Assembly (NCBI GenBank): GCA_036172245.1 | Contig: JAYWIR010000083.1 | Span: 248,001-312,000 of the forward strand | Reading direction: 5' to 3' | Origin: Raillietiella orientalis | Taxonomy: Eukaryota | Length of the DNA stretch: 64,000 nt | Shown here: positions 59,723 to 64,000 of the stretch, piece by piece | How positions within the stretch are numbered: position 1 is the first letter of the stretch | How the letters are laid out: every line of letters starts with the position of its first letter | The notes under the pieces: model-generated | What the model was told of the DNA's origin: nothing | The model's database searches: none | Seen by the model: only the letters and a program-made list of their open reading frames with translations | Position numbers and translations under genes: made by a program

Positions 59723-62076
59723 CAAGTTGATAGCAGGGCTATGGGCTTCGCGTCTGAAGCAGGTGGCAGAATCCGTAATTAGCCCGGAGCAGACTTATGC
59801 TGTTCCCGGGCGAAGTATGGATGCCAACCTCTTCTTCGCAAGCACATGGGTGCACCTGCAGAGAAGAGAGAAGAAAGGGATCGGGAAATTCGGCAACCCC
59901 ACATTGGGGCCGCCAGCCGGGCTGGGAAGGAACCCCCGGGCGGGGAAGGGGGCCCTAGCGCTCGCAGTCGATCTCCACAAGGCGATCGACTGTGTAGACC
60001 AGGAACTCCTTTTGGAGCTCCTGGGTAGCATGGGCTTCTCACCCTCCCTGATTTCCTACCTGCGCTGTTGCTGGCGGAATGCGATGATTACCGTGTCTTT
60101 CAGTGGTCACAAGGTGTATGGCGTGCCGGTTCCGCGAGGCATAAGGCAGGGAGATAGCCTCAGCCCCCTGCTCTTCAGCACCTACTTTGAGTTGGTGCTG
60201 AGAGCGTACAGGGTGACTTTGGGCCCCTTGCCGAGCTCGTGCCCCGGCACGCCCGCCGTAGCAGCGTACGCCGACGATCTTCTGCTCTTGTTGCCAATGT
60301 CCACCGCGGCAAAGGCGGTCGGAGACTTCTTCGATCAGCTCAGCCGCGGGACCGGACTGCAGGTCAACAGGGCGAAGTCGTCGGTTGTGCCAATAGGTGC
60401 GGCGTGGGCAGAGCAGCAGGACTGGGTCCGTCTGGGGATCCCCACGGCGAGGTGCTTCAAGTACCTTGGTGTGCCGTTGGGGGACTACTACCCTGCGGAA
60501 GCGTGGTCCACCTGCCTCCAAGAAGTCGAGACGGCGATCGGCCCGTTTCTGGAAGGCAAGTTTCACTTGCCGGAACGGGCTTCGGTTTGGAACCCTTCGC
60601 GGCCCTCATCCTCCGCCCCTTGCTTTTTGTTTGCCCCCCCACCGTGGAATCCAAGAAGAGGACAAAGGACCTCCTCCGTATCGCCCTTTGGGGCAAGGGG
60701 ATACCCCGAGTCCCTCTGAAGGACTTGTTCGCTCCGCGTCGGGACGGGGGTCTTGTCCTCCTGACGCTGGAGCGCGTTGAGAAGCAGCTGCGGTAGCGAA
60801 CCCTCGCCATCGCAGCGAAGATGTGGAGCACCCCTTGGTGCACTCCGGCTCGCCTCCTGGCCAGCCGTGTGTCCCGGTGCGATGGACTCGCGTCTTTTCT
60901 TCCGAGCCGTGGCCGGAAGACGCGAAGATGCGGCCTACTGTTCGGGCGCATGGCAACATTGACCAATAAGAACAGCTGGATGGTTTGCTGTTCCGCCAAC
61001 TCCCCCGCCTGGCTGGAGAAGAATATTGGAACGTGGGCAGTGGTTAACCAGACAAGCCACGAGACGTGGAATCGTCTCCGATGCAGCCCCTACGCCCGCT
61101 GCACGCTGCGGAATCTCCTGGAGAGTCCAGCAAGATGCACGTGGGCAGAGACGACCTGCCTATCTACGGCGCTGCCCTTCTTGAGGAGGGCACTTCACAG
61201 CAGCCGGACGCCAAGGTGGCAAGTCTCCTGCTGCATCGAGGGACGCGAGAAGTTGATTAGCGGCTGGACAACAGGAGAACTGTCCGATGCCACGACCCCG
61301 AGCGTCCAGCCGCGAGCATTAGTAAGATGGGGCGAGCTGCTCGCCATCCCCAGGGATGAGCTGAAGTGGTCCTTGCTTCTCCAGGAATCCAGGATCCTGC
61401 CCCTCAAGTGGCAACAGTTGGCGTTGCTGCTGTTGCAGTGGGGTCTACCCTGCAACGCGCGCCGCTTCCACTGGACGAGGGGAGCTGTGGATCCTGCGTG
61501 TGCCAAGTGCGGGGAGCGGGAGTCTCTCCCCCACCTTATTGTGGATTGTGCTGCCCTTCGACCCCTTTGGGAACGGTTCGGGACGACCCTCGGGCTCCCT
61601 ACGGGCAGCACCCCCAGAGACGTACTTCGGCCCCTCTTCGTGAAGGACGCACTGCAGCCAGCCGCAGCCATCGCAGCCTTGTGCTGCGTCCGTGGCATCG
61701 TGGCGGCATGGAGCGACGCCAACAACGAAGGAGTGGGTCCACAGGCGAGGGATGTCATCCCGTATGCGCAACGCTTCTTGCGAAGAGCTGCCGGATGGCC
61801 CCAACTGGGGAATATGCAGACAGACCTTGAGGGCTTCGTTCGAGGGATGGGCCCTCCCCACAGCGACCAGTGATCCCTTCCCTGCCCTCCAACTTTTTGT
61901 TTGTTTCTTTTTATTTTTTCTTTTTGTCTTATCCCCATGCCCCTTCGCTGTCGGGGAGTGCCACGCCGGGCTGCGTCCTTGTGTCCCGACAGGTCCTGTG
62001 TTTACGGCCGTGGTGGGGCCTTGTACCACGCATGTAGAGTTTATTAATAAACGCCCCGGGCGTACCCGGGTGATAA
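59723..62076 (+). mobile_element. 3' half of a Tx1-like LINE (subfamily A, level 0): RT to 3' UTR
   Basis: KLIAGLW..YADD..CAKCGERESLPHLIVDC, stop at 61873, AATAAA and terminal hairpin. Confidence 0.93.
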
Positions 62077-64000
62077 CGCCGAATCCCTTGGCGAGTGGAC
62101 GTGTTTTTCCTTCGCTCCCGAGTGAGTCGACAGGAAGCGGTTTTTTCTTTGTGTGTGTTCGTGTGGAACATCGTTGGTGTCCGATGGCAGCGATGCCTGA
62201 GGACACCACGATGGAGGTAGGTGTGGTGGAGGCTTGCCCACCCCCGCAGCCTACAGAATCAGGGGCGTCCGCCCCGGAATCGCCGTCGCCGCCGAAGGCG
62301 AGGAGCTGGAGCGCCATGGTGGCCGCGCCGAGCGCGGAAACCATGGCCGAGATGGCGGCCTACCGGGCAGTAGAGTACAAGCCCAGCTTGGTGTACCAGG
62401 TAGGCCCCTTATTTGATAGAAAAACGGCACGCGCGTTTTCGAAAGCGCTGCAAAACGCCGAAGTAAGAGAACAAGATCTTCACGGCCTGTCCGTTCTCAG
62501 CGGAGGTCAGCGAGTCGAGGTGGTGTGCAAGGAGATCACCTTGGCTCAGAGTCTGATCACCAACCCGTTTGACGTCGACGGCCGCAAGATCTTGCCTGTG
62601 ACGATGGACCGCTCCGTGGTGGTCAATCTCACTGGAATAACGAGCCGTATGACTCGCTCTGCGGTAGCACAATAACTTCGGAATTTCGCCGAGGTGCACG
62701 CTAAGCCAACAAACTTCGAAGGCTTTAATAGCCATTTCGGAGGCCAGGCTGCAGCGCGGGTAAGCGCGAATAAGGACTGTGGGCTTCCCCACAAGCTGGA
62801 GGTCGCGCAAGAGAGCGTGGATCTCTGGTACGTGGGAAAGCCCCGGTATTGCAACTACTGCGATACCGTAGGACACCTTCGCAAGAGGTGTCCTAACATC
62901 CGATGCCACATGTGCGGGGAGAAGGGCCACGTTCGATGTGTTTGCCCAAAGCGCCCCATCCCGGTTCCTCCTGCCGCCAAAAAAGCGCAGGGGAAACGCG
63001 CTGTGAAGGTCACAAGACCTAAGGCGGACGCTGGCCGGCTTAAGCTGCCGGATCCTCAATCTCCAAAAGAAAAAACGGAGGATAAATTTTCCCAAGAGGC
63101 GGAAGGTGAAGAGGGCTGGCAACTTGTAGCCGCCAGAAAAGAGAAAAAAGCTCCTTGAAAGGAGAAGAAAGAAAAGTCGACCGCTAAGGCAAAAAAACCC
63201 GGGCCGCGTTCGAAAACCGTACGCGAGTGCACGGTGGCATTGGAACGTATCGTCGTTCCTGAAGATGCCACCCGGGGCGACGAACCTCCCCTTGCCGTTT
63301 CCGATGCGCCCGAAGTTCGCGACGGCGAACCCTCTGTGCAAACAGAGGGTGAGCCGCGCGACGGGCCGGTCGACACCGAGGACGCCGCGTTCGCGCAGGC
63401 GGCGGAGGAGCTCGCGGCCACGCTGGCGGAGCGTGAGAACCGCTCACGCAAGGCCGTGCGAAGGCCTGCTCCCGCGAGAAAGGCCCCCACAGGTGAGTTG
63501 GACCTGGGGGCCCGAAGCACATCCTCCTCCTCGGAGGCACCCCCCAGGAAGTCGGGACGCAAGTCCCAGAAACCCAGGAGGCGCCTACCCTCCACCAGCG
63601 AGGAGGAGAAGCAGGAAGGTATTGGTAGCGTGGGAATCCCGGAGGGGGAACTCCCACGCTCGGAAGCCGTCGAGCCGGCCACTCCCATGGAGGAAGGTGA
63701 GAAGGGACGCGATGTCCTCCCTGCAGTCGCTGAGCCTGAACAGCTTGCCCCCATGGAGGAGGGCCAACAGATAGGCGCGACCCCACCTGAGGGTGACCCG
63801 CTCGACGCTCCTTTATCCATTGAGAAGGGGGACCAGGTGCATGCAGCGCCTGACCATCCTCCTCCACCTAGCGTCCCGCCCCTACAGGTGGCGGACGCCG
63901 CATCGCCATCTTCCCAGGAGTAACACCTGGGCTCGCCAGTCGCCGTCGGATTCGTGCCACCTCTTGGAACGTCAACGGGCTGCGCGACGACGGTAACAGG
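62077..64000 (+). mobile_element. 5' UTR, ORF1 (62184-63923, disrupted) and ORF2 start of a Tx1-like LINE (subfamily A), running off the window
   Basis: MAAMPEDTTMEVG..CNYCDTVGHLRKRC..SSQE*, then TAACACCTGGG..SWNVNGLRDDG. Confidence 0.93.

Noticed and set aside
36463..62076. Twin-priming 5' inversions as the cause of the head-to-head junctions
   Set aside because: Two of the inverted partners are full length, broken ORF2 ends rejoin across the inserts with short duplications, and the 39518 junction pairs different subfamilies. It cannot be fully excluded for 59722.
1..64000. CRISPR array or prokaryotic operons
   Set aside because: There is no regularly spaced repeat-spacer array, and the content is eukaryotic (28S, LINEs, piggyBac).

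Overview
Eukaryotic (probably invertebrate animal) repeat-dense window with no recognisable host gene. 1-14 kb holds heavily decayed LINE remnants and a 643-bp TTAA-flanked piggyBac derivative. 14-23.7 kb is AT-rich and includes one dead L1/Tx1-like ORF2. 23.7-27.7 kb holds endogenous CRESS-DNA virus sequence (three Rep pieces and a probable capsid end) interleaved with a Tx1-like ORF2. 28.4-36.5 kb is an orphan 28S rDNA fragment. In it, the 29 bp around the R2 target are replaced by a 5.46-kb NeSL/Utopia-like RLE retrotransposon in ANTISENSE orientation, with six N-terminal zinc fingers, followed by fragments of related copies. 36.5-64 kb is a nest of Tx1/L1-clade LINEs, each inserted antisense into the ORF2 of a relative, including one copy with intact ORF1 and ORF2. 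The two strongest candidates for something undescribed are (1) the antisense 28S element, whose first bases form a DPE exactly +28 from an Inr-like motif supplied by the rDNA, and (2) apparently site-specific, self-family-targeting Tx1 elements. These also show non-AUG ORF2 starts, a shortened APE endonuclease and a 3'-terminal hairpin instead of poly(A). All family calls come from motif reading by eye; no database search was run.
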